A stretch of 64,000 nt of DNA from Pseudomonadota bacterium (lineage in GTDB: Bacteria; Pseudomonadota; Gammaproteobacteria; Steroidobacterales; Steroidobacteraceae), in assembly GCA_023423065.1 (NCBI GenBank), contig JAFAGC010000130.1, forward strand, positions 60,118 through 124,117, read 5' to 3'. A program made the position numbers and the translations under genes. Shown here in pieces: positions 8,894 to 18,556 of the stretch. Each line of letters opens with the position of its first letter. Position 1 is the first letter of the stretch. The notes under the pieces were generated by a model, which did no database searches, was not told the DNA's origin, and worked only from the letters and a program-made list of their open reading frames with translations.

Positions 8894-10066
8894 CTAGCGG
8901 GAGGTACGTCGAAGTGTGAACGCTCTGCCCTGCGCATTCATGACCAGTGAATCCTCCCGCGGGTCGAAGTCAAAATAGTAGAAGCCTTCGCCAGGCACAA
9001 GCATGTAAAACGACGCGTCGCCCGTGCGCACCGCCGGCAGCGAATCTCCCTGTGATGTGATAACGAGTTCCTTGCTCTCTGCGCTGACACTCACGCTGAC
9101 TGGGGGATCATCCATCACGTAATTGCCGACAAACGTTTCCAGCGGCGCCGTGAGCGAAGCAACAGCTTGCCCCGACGCCGCGCCTACTCGCTTGATCCAA
9201 TCTGCGACAACAGGAAAGGACGTTTCGACGGTGTCATGTCCCGCCGACGAGAACAGCACGTACTCGAACGCATGCTCGTCGCGCTGCAGTTCTTCGAGCC
9301 GCGCGATCGAAAGCGGAACGGGAATACTGCCGTCGCGCCCGCCGAACACCCAGAGCCCCGGCTTATCGAGCTGAGCCAGGCTGTCCACTGAATTCACATC
9401 CTCGCCAAGTTCCGGTGGCCACGCGTACGGCCTCACGCGCTGCGCAACGATCTCCTCGAAGCCCGGCAAGTCGGCGCCATCCCGATCGCTCGTGTAGAGG
9501 CTGAAGATGTCTTCTTCCGAGATCCGGCCCACCATCCCGCTCCAGACCACGGTGAAGGCTTCCTTATCACTTGCTACGGCGGCGAGCGGAATAACCCAGC
9601 CGGCCTGGCTGATGCCGGCAAATCCGAGCTTCGCATCACTGACCTCGCTCTGTGCAGACAGAAACTCGAGCGCCGCCGACGCATCCGCAGCAAGCGCGTT
9701 GAGCGTGACCTCATTGGTGCTGAGCGGACCGGAATACTCGCCTTGCGAATCGCCCACGCCGCGCTTGTCATACGTCAGCACGGCTATGCCGTTTTCGGCG
9801 AGGCGGCGCGCGATCCCCAGGTTGCGCCGAGTGGCCCCGGAGCCATCGACGTACACGATTGCGGCCTGTGCCTTGCCTTCCGCTGGCGTTACAAGTGCCC
9901 CCGCGAGTCGAATGTCGCCGCTGTCGAAACTCACTGTGCGCGTGTGCGTGCCTGGAGGCGTCCCACATGCCGCAAGCGTCACCCCCAGTACGAGGCTCGC
10001 GGTACCAGACAGAAACATCCTATTAGTCGCCCGTCCCCCGCCAGCGTTCGCTCCTTGCCCTTGCAT
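8894..10066 (-). CDS. secreted/lipoprotein alpha/beta hydrolase
   Basis: GISQAGW nucleophile elbow (GxSxG) and a LAACG lipobox. The start at 10066 was chosen because AAAGGGGGAATC precedes ATG CAA GGG. The maximal ORF extends to 10120. Confidence 0.7.
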   Translation of the reverse strand: MQGQGANAGGGRATNRMFLSGTASLVLGVTLAACGTPPGTHTRTVSFDSGDIRLAGALVTPAEGKAQAAIVYVDGSGATRRNLGIARRLAENGIAVLTYDKRGVGDSQGEYSGPLSTNEVTLNALAADASAALEFLSAQSEVSDAKLGFAGISQAGWVIPLAAVASDKEAFTVVWSGMVGRISEEDIFSLYTSDRDGADLPGFEEIVAQRVRPYAWPPELGEDVNSVDSLAQLDKPGLWVFGGRDGSIPVPLSIARLEELQRDEHAFEYVLFSSAGHDTVETSFPVVADWIKRVGAASGQAVASLTAPLETFVGNYVMDDPPVSVSVSAESKELVITSQGDSLPAVRTGDASFYMLVPGEGFYYFDFDPREDSLVMNAQGRAFTLRRTSR

Positions 10067-10097
10067 GATTCCCCCTTTTGTAAACAGAAAAGTCCGG

Positions 10098-10643
10098 CTA
10101 ACCTGGATTACTTGCAGCACCTGGGGCGTCTAAGCTGAGATGTGCTTGCGCGAGAGAATCCAGTGACCCTCGAATCCAGCGTGTGGCAGGTGAATGCTGA
10201 ATCTCCGCCATGAAGCGGCGCACGCAAGGCCGGAAAAATCGCCCGTTAGGCATGATCGCCAGCCAGCAGTGACGGTTGGCAACCAGACAAAGGTCGGATA
10301 CGAAAGCCAAATGTGGCGCGCGGACATCGATGGCGGCCGTGACATTGGCCAACCTGTCTTGTTCGAAGAAGACATCCACATAAGTATCAATGCCGCCCGC
10401 CCAACGCATTTGATGCGTGGTAATCATTTGGGGCTTGTGCAGCCGGCTGTTGAGATCTTCGATCAGCGTATCGGGAAAGCTGACGCTCTCCCACACGCCT
10501 AAAATCTCCGCGTCTGTAATCGCGGTTTCGGGATGAACAAACTTCCGCCCGCGCACTACCGTGGCCTCTGGCCCGAACCCAAACTCGAACAGCCATCTCT
10601 TCACTGCTACCTCTGACGGATGCGGGCCAGTTCGCGGCGACAA
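10098..10643 (-). CDS. hypothetical protein
   Basis: 181-aa ORF with a TTG start. An alternative GTG at 10604 has AGAGG upstream. No motif recognised. Confidence 0.4.
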   Translation of the reverse strand: MSPRTGPHPSEVAVKRWLFEFGFGPEATVVRGRKFVHPETAITDAEILGVWESVSFPDTLIEDLNSRLHKPQMITTHQMRWAGGIDTYVDVFFEQDRLANVTAAIDVRAPHLAFVSDLCLVANRHCWLAIMPNGRFFRPCVRRFMAEIQHSPATRWIRGSLDSLAQAHLSLDAPGAASNPG

Positions 10644-10723
10644 CCCTGCACGTTCGCACCCGGCGCGCCAAGAGCACTGGCCTCGCGCCGTTAGAACGGA
10701 CGCGAAGCCAGGTCTTCAGGACT

Positions 10724-12871
10724 CTATTCCGCTCGCACGTTATCGATGTTGACGGATGCTCCAGCGCCGACATTTACCCAGATGGCGTTTACGTCGCTGA
10801 AGTTCGCGACGTCGCAGGGAGCGCCATTGCCCGTTAGCGATGCGAGATCAAACGCCACGGTCGCCGTCGTACCCGGGTCCTGCCAACCCCAACTACCCTC
10901 GCACCAGAGCCAGTTGCGATCCTGGATTGCAATGTTGACTGAGGTACCGGAAGCCAAAGTGCGCAGGTCATACTTGAATTGTGTCTTGCCCGAGATGTCG
11001 AGAACTTCTTCCGCGACGTTGAGCCCGAACCATCCGCCGCCGGTGGCCGTCACCTGCAAGCTTGCGGCGCCCTGCGTCGCGAAGTCGGTCACGCGCGCCG
11101 TAGTACCCGCATCCGTCTGCCAGCTTGCGGCGGCCCAACCCTGCGCATCGTTCTCGAAGGAATACAACAGGATTGCCCCATTGGGATCCGGCAGGATCTT
11201 GGCGCGAAGTTGCGCCACGTTTGACTTGCGACCGCTCGTATCACGTACCGTGTAACTCGCTTGCGCGTCGCCCTGGAAGCCAGCGACGGGAGTGAAGGTG
11301 ACATCCCCGTTCGCGAGCAGGAAGGTTCCCGCCGCGCTCGTGAGCATGGTCTGTTGGCCGATCGAGGAAGGATCGAGATCGATCGTCGACGGCACAGGTC
11401 TGCGACCTAGATAGCCCACATCGTTCGACGTCGGTGTAAGCGTCACACTCGAGTCAAAGGCTCCTTCCGCAGCATCATCATCCGCGACAGGGGGAAATCC
11501 AAGAATTCGCCCGGTTGCCATGCGGGCCGAGAAGTTGCTCATCGTCGTGCACACCGGGCTCGGGCAATACACCGTCAGGCGATCGTAGTCGGGATAGGGC
11601 GCACCGTTGTCTTCCACATCCGAGAGAATCCAATACAACCCACCGTTGGCGCCGCTGTAAAACAGCGCGCGCGTCCACTCGAAGTACACCGGGTTGCGAA
11701 TATCCTTCGACTTCGTGCCGAACTCGCCCAGATAGACGGCCTTACGCAGCTTCTTTGCCTTGAGCGTGTGCTTGACTATCCAGTCGGTACCCCACTCCGG
11801 CGTCTTGCCCCAGGAATCCGCGTCTGGATAGAGGTGCAACGACATGGCGTCGATATGGGGCAGGGCCGCAAAAGCGTAACTGTCCACACCCTCGCTGCAG
11901 TTGTCGGTCCAGTCCGTGCCATTGGGCAGGCACAAGAACCCTTCGTCGCCCACGGACACGAGGTGGTTCTTGTCGATGCTCTTGATGTATTTCGACATCT
12001 CGCCAGCCCAGGAGACGAGCGTGTCGGTGGTGCAGTTGGGAGAACGCGGATAGCCGTTGGCGCCGCCGCTGCCAATACAGCGCGGCTCGTTCGCCAGCTC
12101 CCACATCATGATCGTCGGGTCGTCCTTGTACCTGAGGCCCGTGATCGAGTTCTTGCGATTGAGCAGGTGCGAGATCCACTCCTTGTACCAGCCCTTGATC
12201 GTCGCGTCCGTATAGAACTCGTCGTGATACTGGCCGCCGCGCCAGCGCACGTACTGGTTCATGCCGCCGAATTCGTTCCAGTTGTTCACCAGCGGCAGGA
12301 CCAGTTTGATTTTCCGTTTGGCGGCCTCGGCGACCACAAAGTCGAGGCGCTGCAGGCCATCCGGGCCGTCATTGAAGGCGGGGGCGGCGCCGTCCCAGTA
12401 ATGGAAGTAGACGCCTTCCTTGATTCCATCGACGGAATTGCTGCCATCCTGATTGCCGATGACAACGGTGGACCAAACGCGCATCACTGCGAAGTCGCTG
12501 ACCGCCGCTTTGTCCAGCAAAGCCGTGACCATCAAGGGCGACTTGTAGATAGGGTAGTAATTGTTGGATCCCGCGAACCGAAACCGCCTACCCTGAAGAT
12601 AGAGATCGGATCCCTCTCGGGTAACAAACGAGCTTCGCCCCTTGCGATCGGAATCGTGATCACGATCGTGGCCGAGATTCCGGTCGTCTTTGCGATCATG
12701 GTCGCGATTCCGATCGTCCTTGCGCTCATGGCCGTAATCGTGGTTCCGGTCTTCCTTGCGATCGTGGTTGCGGTCTTGGGTTGTGACCTTGCTGCCAGCC
12801 AGCGCAAACATTCCAGCGGCGCAGAGCAGCCAGATCCAGCGAGCGCGGTGAAAAACTTTTGTTCGTTCCAT
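10724..12871 (-). CDS. GH5 endo-beta-mannanase-like glycoside hydrolase with C-terminal Ig/CBM-like domains
   Basis: FVTREGSDLYLQGRRFRFAGSNNYY opening, acid/base WELANEPRC, nucleophile region VYLGEFG, and a signal peptide. The ATG at 12871 is preceded by GAGGGG. The maximal ORF (TTG) extends to 12895. Confidence 0.8.
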   Translation of the reverse strand: MERTKVFHRARWIWLLCAAGMFALAGSKVTTQDRNHDRKEDRNHDYGHERKDDRNRDHDRKDDRNLGHDRDHDSDRKGRSSFVTREGSDLYLQGRRFRFAGSNNYYPIYKSPLMVTALLDKAAVSDFAVMRVWSTVVIGNQDGSNSVDGIKEGVYFHYWDGAAPAFNDGPDGLQRLDFVVAEAAKRKIKLVLPLVNNWNEFGGMNQYVRWRGGQYHDEFYTDATIKGWYKEWISHLLNRKNSITGLRYKDDPTIMMWELANEPRCIGSGGANGYPRSPNCTTDTLVSWAGEMSKYIKSIDKNHLVSVGDEGFLCLPNGTDWTDNCSEGVDSYAFAALPHIDAMSLHLYPDADSWGKTPEWGTDWIVKHTLKAKKLRKAVYLGEFGTKSKDIRNPVYFEWTRALFYSGANGGLYWILSDVEDNGAPYPDYDRLTVYCPSPVCTTMSNFSARMATGRILGFPPVADDDAAEGAFDSSVTLTPTSNDVGYLGRRPVPSTIDLDPSSIGQQTMLTSAAGTFLLANGDVTFTPVAGFQGDAQASYTVRDTSGRKSNVAQLRAKILPDPNGAILLYSFENDAQGWAAASWQTDAGTTARVTDFATQGAASLQVTATGGGWFGLNVAEEVLDISGKTQFKYDLRTLASGTSVNIAIQDRNWLWCEGSWGWQDPGTTATVAFDLASLTGNGAPCDVANFSDVNAIWVNVGAGASVNIDNVRAE

Positions 12872-12891
12872 CGTGTTTCCCCTCATACGTG

Positions 12892-13596
12892 TCAATGACT
12901 GTTCGGACGCAGAAACCCAAATCCGTTGATAGTGAGGCGCCCTTGTCTTGGGTCTTCGCTCAATATCGTGCGCGCAGAAATGTCGCCGGAATGAAGCGCA
13001 TTCCCTTTGTAAATAATGAGTCGATTGAATGCGGCCTCGACTCCATGAAGTCTTTCGAAGAAATGCGTGTGATCAATTACATAGGCTTGTACCGGCGAAT
13101 CGGCCTTCAGCTCATCGACCACCTTGCTGCGATATCGCTCCACATTGTCCGGCGTGATCTCGGCCAGGCCGGTTGCCCGATGGCGATAGAACGAGGTGCC
13201 GCCCTGGTAAGGCGCGCATAGATAGTGAATGAAAGCAATTCGGCTGCGATCGGGCCCGTCGAAATGCGGGATGCGCTGGATGGGCCGCAGCTTTTCGGGC
13301 GCAGTGGTGACCATCGAGAACGCGCACAGGTCGAGATCTGCCTCAGGTGGCGCCCCGAACGCCTGTTCGATGGTTGCAGCCGTGGCGCTGAGCAACGCAT
13401 TCGTATAGGCCTGGGGCGCCGGCGCACGCACACCGGGGTATCGGGAACCCACGTCGATGAACACCGCTTCGCAGGCGATTGCCACCAGCAGCGCGGGATT
13501 GACGCTGAAGTCGTCGATACAGACCACCGGCAATCGTTCCGCGCCAACGTGCGACGTCGACATGGCACTCGACGGACTGACGCGGAAGTCTGGCAT
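12892..13596 (-). CDS. DUF6445-like protein (2OG-oxygenase-like fold suspected), common partner of TBDR/halogenase genes
   Basis: Start taken at MPDFRV (ATG 13596), just downstream of the halogenase stop at 13607. Motifs IQRIPHFDG and FNRLIIYKGNALHSG. The family name is recalled from memory. Confidence 0.55.
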   Translation of the reverse strand: MPDFRVSPSSAMSTSHVGAERLPVVCIDDFSVNPALLVAIACEAVFIDVGSRYPGVRAPAPQAYTNALLSATAATIEQAFGAPPEADLDLCAFSMVTTAPEKLRPIQRIPHFDGPDRSRIAFIHYLCAPYQGGTSFYRHRATGLAEITPDNVERYRSKVVDELKADSPVQAYVIDHTHFFERLHGVEAAFNRLIIYKGNALHSGDISARTILSEDPRQGRLTINGFGFLRPNSH

Positions 13597-13606
13597 GGCG
13601 ACCGGC

Positions 13607-15142
13607 TCAAGCATTGGCCGCCGATTGCATCGGCACAATGGTGGCGCAGTTGGCGCGAATGAATTCCTCGTGCGTGGGCGCGCCGGTAACCGCGTTTTTG
13701 ATGCCCGCCGCCATGCTCTCGAATTCCTTGACGAGTTGCGCATCCGGCACGTCGTCGACGTACGGACTGTAGTAGCGAGGAAGAAGGCCGAACCCCGCGT
13801 ACATCGAAAGCCAGGAGCTGGGACGGAAGAATTCCGTCGCATCCTTTGTGAATCGGCCCGTCGCGCGGAATAATTCGATGCTCTCCGCCAGGCTTTCCGG
13901 GATCGGCATATTCCGGCACTCGTCCCAGAATGGCTCGCCCTCGCGCTTGTTCATTTTGTAGTGCAGGACGATGAAGTCGCGGATGTGATCCCAGTGCGCA
14001 CGGTTCCGGCGGTTGACGTTCTCCTGCAAGGCGGGATTCGGCACAGCCTGGGGGAAGCTGCTCAACAAATACTGGAGGCCGCGTTGAACCAGATAGATGG
14101 ATGTCGACTCGAGCGGCTCCAGGAAGCCGCTCGCAAGCCCGAGGCAAAATACATTGCGATTCCAGATCTTTTTGCGAATACCCGTCTTGAATGGCAACAC
14201 TCGAGGCTCGGCCAGCGCCGGCCCTTCAACACTCGCACGCAACGTCGCGCTCGCTTCATCTTCACTGAGGTGCCGGCTGCAGAAGACATAGCCGTTGCCG
14301 ACGCGATGCTGCAGCGGAATCCGCCACTGCCAGCCGGCTTTGCTGGCAATCGAACGGGTATACGACGTTGGGGGCGATCGGCTTTCACAGGGCATGGCAA
14401 TGGCGCGATCGCAGGGCAGCCAATGTGTCCAGTCCTCGTATCCGGTCTCGAGCGCCTGCTCAATAAGCAGCCCCTGAAAGCCGGAGCAATCGATAAACAG
14501 ATCGCCTGCCAGTTCACGTCCGCCGTCGAGCTCGAGCGCTTCGATGTATCCGGACTCCGGATGCAGGCGTGAACGAAGCACACGTCCTTCAACGTGTTTG
14601 ACCCCTGCGGTCACAGACCAGCTTCTCAGGTATCGCGCGCCCAGCGTCGCATCGAAATGCAGTGCGTAATTGAAGAAGAGGAAGCTCTTGTCCGCGCCCT
14701 GCTTCGGAACCGCGAATTTTCCTGCACGCGCGAGTTCTGACGACAACACGTATCGGTCGATGTCGTCTGCCCACCCCATCGAGCGCAGCTTCACCCAATA
14801 GTGCTGGAATGAAGTGCCGAGCAGCGGGACTCCGTGCTCGGCAAATGGGTGAAAGAACTGCGACCCTTCGCCTGCCCAACCTTCAAACCCGATTGCCAGC
14901 TTGAAAGTGCCGCTCGTTCGCTTGACGAAGTCGACTTCGTTGATCTTGAGCTGCTTCAGGAACTCACGAATGTGCGGCACGGTCGCTTCGCCCACACCCA
15001 CCGTGCCAATGTCCGGCGATTCGACGAGTGTGACGCGCGTGTGGCGATTTGCGCCGAAGCGATCGATGAGAGCGGCGGCCGCCATCCATCCGGCGGTCCC
15101 ACCGCCGACAACTACGATGGATTTGAGTCGGTTGTCGGCCAT
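13607..15142 (-). CDS. tryptophan-halogenase-family FAD-dependent protein (paralogue 2)
   Basis: IVVVGGGTAGW, GWQWRIPL and FKLAIGF. Clearly paralogous to 2564..4081. Confidence 0.85.
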   Translation of the reverse strand: MADNRLKSIVVVGGGTAGWMAAAALIDRFGANRHTRVTLVESPDIGTVGVGEATVPHIREFLKQLKINEVDFVKRTSGTFKLAIGFEGWAGEGSQFFHPFAEHGVPLLGTSFQHYWVKLRSMGWADDIDRYVLSSELARAGKFAVPKQGADKSFLFFNYALHFDATLGARYLRSWSVTAGVKHVEGRVLRSRLHPESGYIEALELDGGRELAGDLFIDCSGFQGLLIEQALETGYEDWTHWLPCDRAIAMPCESRSPPTSYTRSIASKAGWQWRIPLQHRVGNGYVFCSRHLSEDEASATLRASVEGPALAEPRVLPFKTGIRKKIWNRNVFCLGLASGFLEPLESTSIYLVQRGLQYLLSSFPQAVPNPALQENVNRRNRAHWDHIRDFIVLHYKMNKREGEPFWDECRNMPIPESLAESIELFRATGRFTKDATEFFRPSSWLSMYAGFGLLPRYYSPYVDDVPDAQLVKEFESMAAGIKNAVTGAPTHEEFIRANCATIVPMQSAANA

Positions 15143-15169
15143 GCGCCTTCATCCCAAGCTTTGAAAAAT

Positions 15170-15195
15170 GGCAGGGCAGCTTTCACTGCCCTGCC
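15170..15195 (-). terminator. intrinsic terminator/attenuator-like hairpin downstream of the TBDR gene
   Basis: Perfect 10-bp stem GGCAGGGCAG/CTGCCCTGCC with a 6-nt loop. On the minus strand it is followed by ATTTTTCAA. Confidence 0.55.
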
Positions 15196-15229
15196 AGATG
15201 GAGGTGTACCGGGAGGGGGTACGCCTTGT

Positions 15230-18200
15230 TTAGAACTTCGCTCTCACGCCAGCCGTGATGACACGCTCGTACTGGTTCCAGTTCAGATGCGCCTGCTGCC
15301 ACTGCACGTAGTTGGTAGGCGCCTCTTCCGTCAAGTTGGACCCCTGCAGGAACACCTGGAAGTTGTCGTTGATGTCGAATGACGCACCTGCGTCGATGTA
15401 CAACGTCTCATCCTGCCACTGTGCCAGCCCCGAATTCGGCGCGGTGAACGACCAGTGACTGAAGGTTCCCTGGTATTGCTTCGACAAGTAGTTTGCCGCC
15501 ACGCGAGCCTGGAAGCGCGAGTCCTGGTAGAAGAGCACCAGGTTCACCTGATCCTCGGCCGTGTTGTTGAACGGCGCGTCCGACCCGTCGGCGAGAATGA
15601 TCTTCTCGCCGGTGGCTGCATTGCGACCTGCCTGGCTTGGCGTGAATGTGTAGTTGAAATTGATACCTGTGTTCTTCAGGAACCCAGGCAGAAAGTCGAA
15701 CGTCGCTTGGTATCCGAACTCAAACCCGTAGTAACTCGCGCCTTCGCCCTGTGCGATGTCCTGTGTCTGGGCGCCATTGCGCACGATGCCATCAGAATCC
15801 GGCGCGGTCACATCCGTGCCAATTTCGGTGTACGTGTAACTGTCGATATCCGTATAGAACACGCCGAGGGAGAGCAACGTGTGCTCGCGCGCATACCATT
15901 CGACGCTCGAGGACAGCGACCGTGAGAGCCAAGGTTCCAGGCGCGGATTGCCCAGACGCTGGATGCTGCTGACACGCTGCCAAGTCTCACCGATCTGCTC
16001 GCCGTTGTAGAACGTGATCGGACCACGGCCGAGATTCTCCAGGGGCTGCAGCGCCTGCGTTTCATAGTAGGCGGTCTTCAATCGCCACTCATCACCGAAA
16101 TCGAAGTTAATGTTGAAACTCGGCAAGGCCCGCGTGCGATCAGTGGTCGTATACACATCACCCAGATCGGTATAAGCGGTGTGGTTCGGATCGGCACCTG
16201 CAAGAATGCGAGGATCGAGCTGCGTGCCGTCAGTCAGGTTCTGGAAGACGCGGACATTCGTGTTCACGATTCGCACGCCGACGTTGCCCGACATGCGGAC
16301 GGTGCCCGTGAGCTCCGCGTCGTAGTTAGCCATGAAGTACAGGCTGGTTTGCGCCTCTTCCACTCCATAGGTGCGATCGGGCGCGGCAATGTACAGGCCC
16401 TCGCCGTAGAGCGCGTCGCGCAACGCCTCCGGTTGCGTCAGGGCGCGTGTGTCGATCATCGGGAAACCGGTGTGTAAGCCATTTACCCCGAATTCCGAAA
16501 CGGTCGTCACAAAACCCTGGAGCTCCGGCGATGCGAGCGTGAATCGCGGCAGCGGATCGTAGTCGAAACCGGCCGTGTTGGACGTCTGATTGATGCCGTA
16601 GCCGACTTCCTGGTACTTCGCGAGCAGGCCATTGAGACCCGACGGCGAGAAGAAATCAGCGCGCTCCTCGTTCATCTCGCGTTCGGAGTAACGCAATCCG
16701 AAATTGAATGAGAAACCGTCGCTAATGTCGAACTTTCCGTCGAAACGCAGTACATCCATGTCGAGTTCTTCGGAGTTGCGCTCAAGCCAGCTCGAGTGCA
16801 AGCGCCAAGCAGAAGGCTGCGCCGCAAGCGTGCGCAGCTGGTCGCCGATGACGAAATTCATCTGCTCGTCGCCGAGACTGTTCGAGATCTGGTAGGTGAG
16901 CGTGGTCGGAATTGCGGTCGGATTGATGTCCGTGCACGCGTCCGCGTCGGCTTGAGCCTGCGAAGTCGGGAAGCATTGCGTATCCGTCTGCTGCGCGACG
17001 GTCAATGCCTTGGACTGACGCTCTGCATCGGCATGCACCCAGCGCACGGCGCCCGAAAACTTCTCGCCCTTGCCGAAGCGGAACTCAACGTTGGTATTCA
17101 GTGCCTCGGTATCGCGGTAGGTGGACTGTACGCCGCCGCGCAGGCCGTTGGTGAAGCCGGTGAAGTCGGTAACGAAATTCGCGCGGCTCGCAAGGCCATC
17201 CGTATCGAAGGAGTTGAGCACCGAGGGGTTGCCGGTGGTCTGCGTGTACGGCGCAAAGACCTGCCGGCCACCGAAGTTGCCGTTCACAAAGAGCTGCTGA
17301 CCGTGCTGGTCCTCGTTCATCTCGTTGTAGAACGCATCGACGATGAATTCCATCGAGTCAGCGATTTCCATGTTGAAGTTGTACCCGACGCCGAGCCGCT
17401 CGCGGTCGTATTGGCGGGAATTCACAAACGTATTCCAGCCCATCGGAATCAAGAACTCGTCCGTCGCGTCACCGTCACCGTTGAGATCGCCGGCGGGCAC
17501 GTTGCCTGGATTGATCCAGCCTGAGAATTCATCGACCAGGTCGAGCTCGGCGGACTGGAAGCTGCTCGCCGAAGCGCTGTCGCTCCAGGAAGCCGTGAGC
17601 GCCATCGCGACGCGATCGCTGAATTTGTAACCGAGCAATCCGTCGAAGCGTTTATCCGTGCCATCTTCGATGCTGCCCCAGCTCGCCTGGCCAGCGAGGC
17701 TCGCGGTCAGCCCGTCCTCAGGAAGCTTCAACGCCCGGACCGATTGCAAATCCATCAAGCCGCCGAGTCCGCCATCGGTCTGCGAGGCGTTCTGCGACTT
17801 GTAGACATTCACGCCCGTAATGAGGCTCGACGGAATGTCTTCGAAGCTGACAGTGCTGTTGAGGATGTTCTCTGCCGTGACGAAGCGCTCGCCATTCATT
17901 GTCGCCATGACCTGCGGGGCGCCACGGATCGACACGAACGAACCTTCGCCGGCGGCGCGCGAGATCTGGATTCCTGGCACGCGTTGCAACGCGTCAGTGA
18001 TGGTGACGTCCGGCAGCTTGCCGATGTCCTCCATCACGATGGAATCGGAAATTTCGGCGGTAGCGCGCTTGATATCGATACCGGCTTCCTGAGCGCCGCG
18101 CACACCGCGAACAATAATCTCTTCGAGCGTGTCTGCCGTCGATGCCTCCTGCTCCTGCGAGTGCGTCGGCATGGCGATGGCGAGCAGATCAAGTGAAACA

Positions 18201-18259
18201 GCGGTGACGAGAGCGGTGCGCGTAATTCGACGCGAGCGCTTTTCCTTACGATGCGACAT
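15230..18259 (-). CDS. TonB-dependent receptor
   Basis: 1009 aa. Signal peptide, a plug region (EEIIVRGVRG...ISDSIVMEDIGKLPDVTITDALQRVPGIQI), a long barrel, and a C-terminal aromatic residue (...GVRAKF). Confidence 0.9.
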   Translation of the reverse strand: MSHRKEKRSRRITRTALVTAVSLDLLAIAMPTHSQEQEASTADTLEEIIVRGVRGAQEAGIDIKRATAEISDSIVMEDIGKLPDVTITDALQRVPGIQISRAAGEGSFVSIRGAPQVMATMNGERFVTAENILNSTVSFEDIPSSLITGVNVYKSQNASQTDGGLGGLMDLQSVRALKLPEDGLTASLAGQASWGSIEDGTDKRFDGLLGYKFSDRVAMALTASWSDSASASSFQSAELDLVDEFSGWINPGNVPAGDLNGDGDATDEFLIPMGWNTFVNSRQYDRERLGVGYNFNMEIADSMEFIVDAFYNEMNEDQHGQQLFVNGNFGGRQVFAPYTQTTGNPSVLNSFDTDGLASRANFVTDFTGFTNGLRGGVQSTYRDTEALNTNVEFRFGKGEKFSGAVRWVHADAERQSKALTVAQQTDTQCFPTSQAQADADACTDINPTAIPTTLTYQISNSLGDEQMNFVIGDQLRTLAAQPSAWRLHSSWLERNSEELDMDVLRFDGKFDISDGFSFNFGLRYSEREMNEERADFFSPSGLNGLLAKYQEVGYGINQTSNTAGFDYDPLPRFTLASPELQGFVTTVSEFGVNGLHTGFPMIDTRALTQPEALRDALYGEGLYIAAPDRTYGVEEAQTSLYFMANYDAELTGTVRMSGNVGVRIVNTNVRVFQNLTDGTQLDPRILAGADPNHTAYTDLGDVYTTTDRTRALPSFNINFDFGDEWRLKTAYYETQALQPLENLGRGPITFYNGEQIGETWQRVSSIQRLGNPRLEPWLSRSLSSSVEWYAREHTLLSLGVFYTDIDSYTYTEIGTDVTAPDSDGIVRNGAQTQDIAQGEGASYYGFEFGYQATFDFLPGFLKNTGINFNYTFTPSQAGRNAATGEKIILADGSDAPFNNTAEDQVNLVLFYQDSRFQARVAANYLSKQYQGTFSHWSFTAPNSGLAQWQDETLYIDAGASFDINDNFQVFLQGSNLTEEAPTNYVQWQQAHLNWNQYERVITAGVRAKF

Positions 18260-18388
18260 GAAATCCCCCCACTAACAAAGTTTGCGCGATTGAGACCCGC
18301 GCCTATTTCGATCTGGATGCGATCTTGCTTTGTGGGATTTCGCCTTGTCAATAAATAAATACATTTGGTTTTTTTATCGGGACGCAAC

Positions 18389-18400
18389 GGTAGCGCTACC
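18389..18400. promoter_or_regulatory. perfect 12-bp palindrome GGTAGCGCTACC upstream of the TBDR gene (candidate operator)
   Basis: Lies about 130 nt upstream of the TBDR start in the gap between the TBDR gene and the ROK regulator gene on the same strand, next to an AT-rich stretch (AATAAATAAATACATTTGG). Confidence 0.35.
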
Positions 18401-18556
18401 AGCTTTCACTTACCGGTCAGCAGCTGGGTGCCTACCGCGAGTTAGGCCTGATTCTGCAGAGGGATAAATGACAACGGTCGACAAGACCAATGAGCCGACC
18501 GGATGGGTCGTCGGCGAACTATTAGACGTTGCTCGCGTTTGCCTCGAGCGGAGCTC

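Noticed and set aside
12641-12775. The GH5 charged repeat as a phase-variable tandem DNA repeat (contingency locus)
   Set aside because: The DNA units are degenerate and of unequal length, not perfect short tandem repeats, so slipped-strand phase variation is unlikely.
11768-12898. 376-aa plus-strand ORF antisense to the GH5 gene
   Set aside because: The minus-strand frame has unmistakable GH5 catalytic motifs (NEP, GEFG). The antisense translation is V/A/R/D-rich with no features.
13107-14147. 346-aa minus-strand ORF overlapping both the DUF6445-like and halogenase genes out of frame
   Set aside because: It spans a gene junction in an alternative frame with Arg/Pro/Ser-rich content. The two annotated frames carry family motifs.
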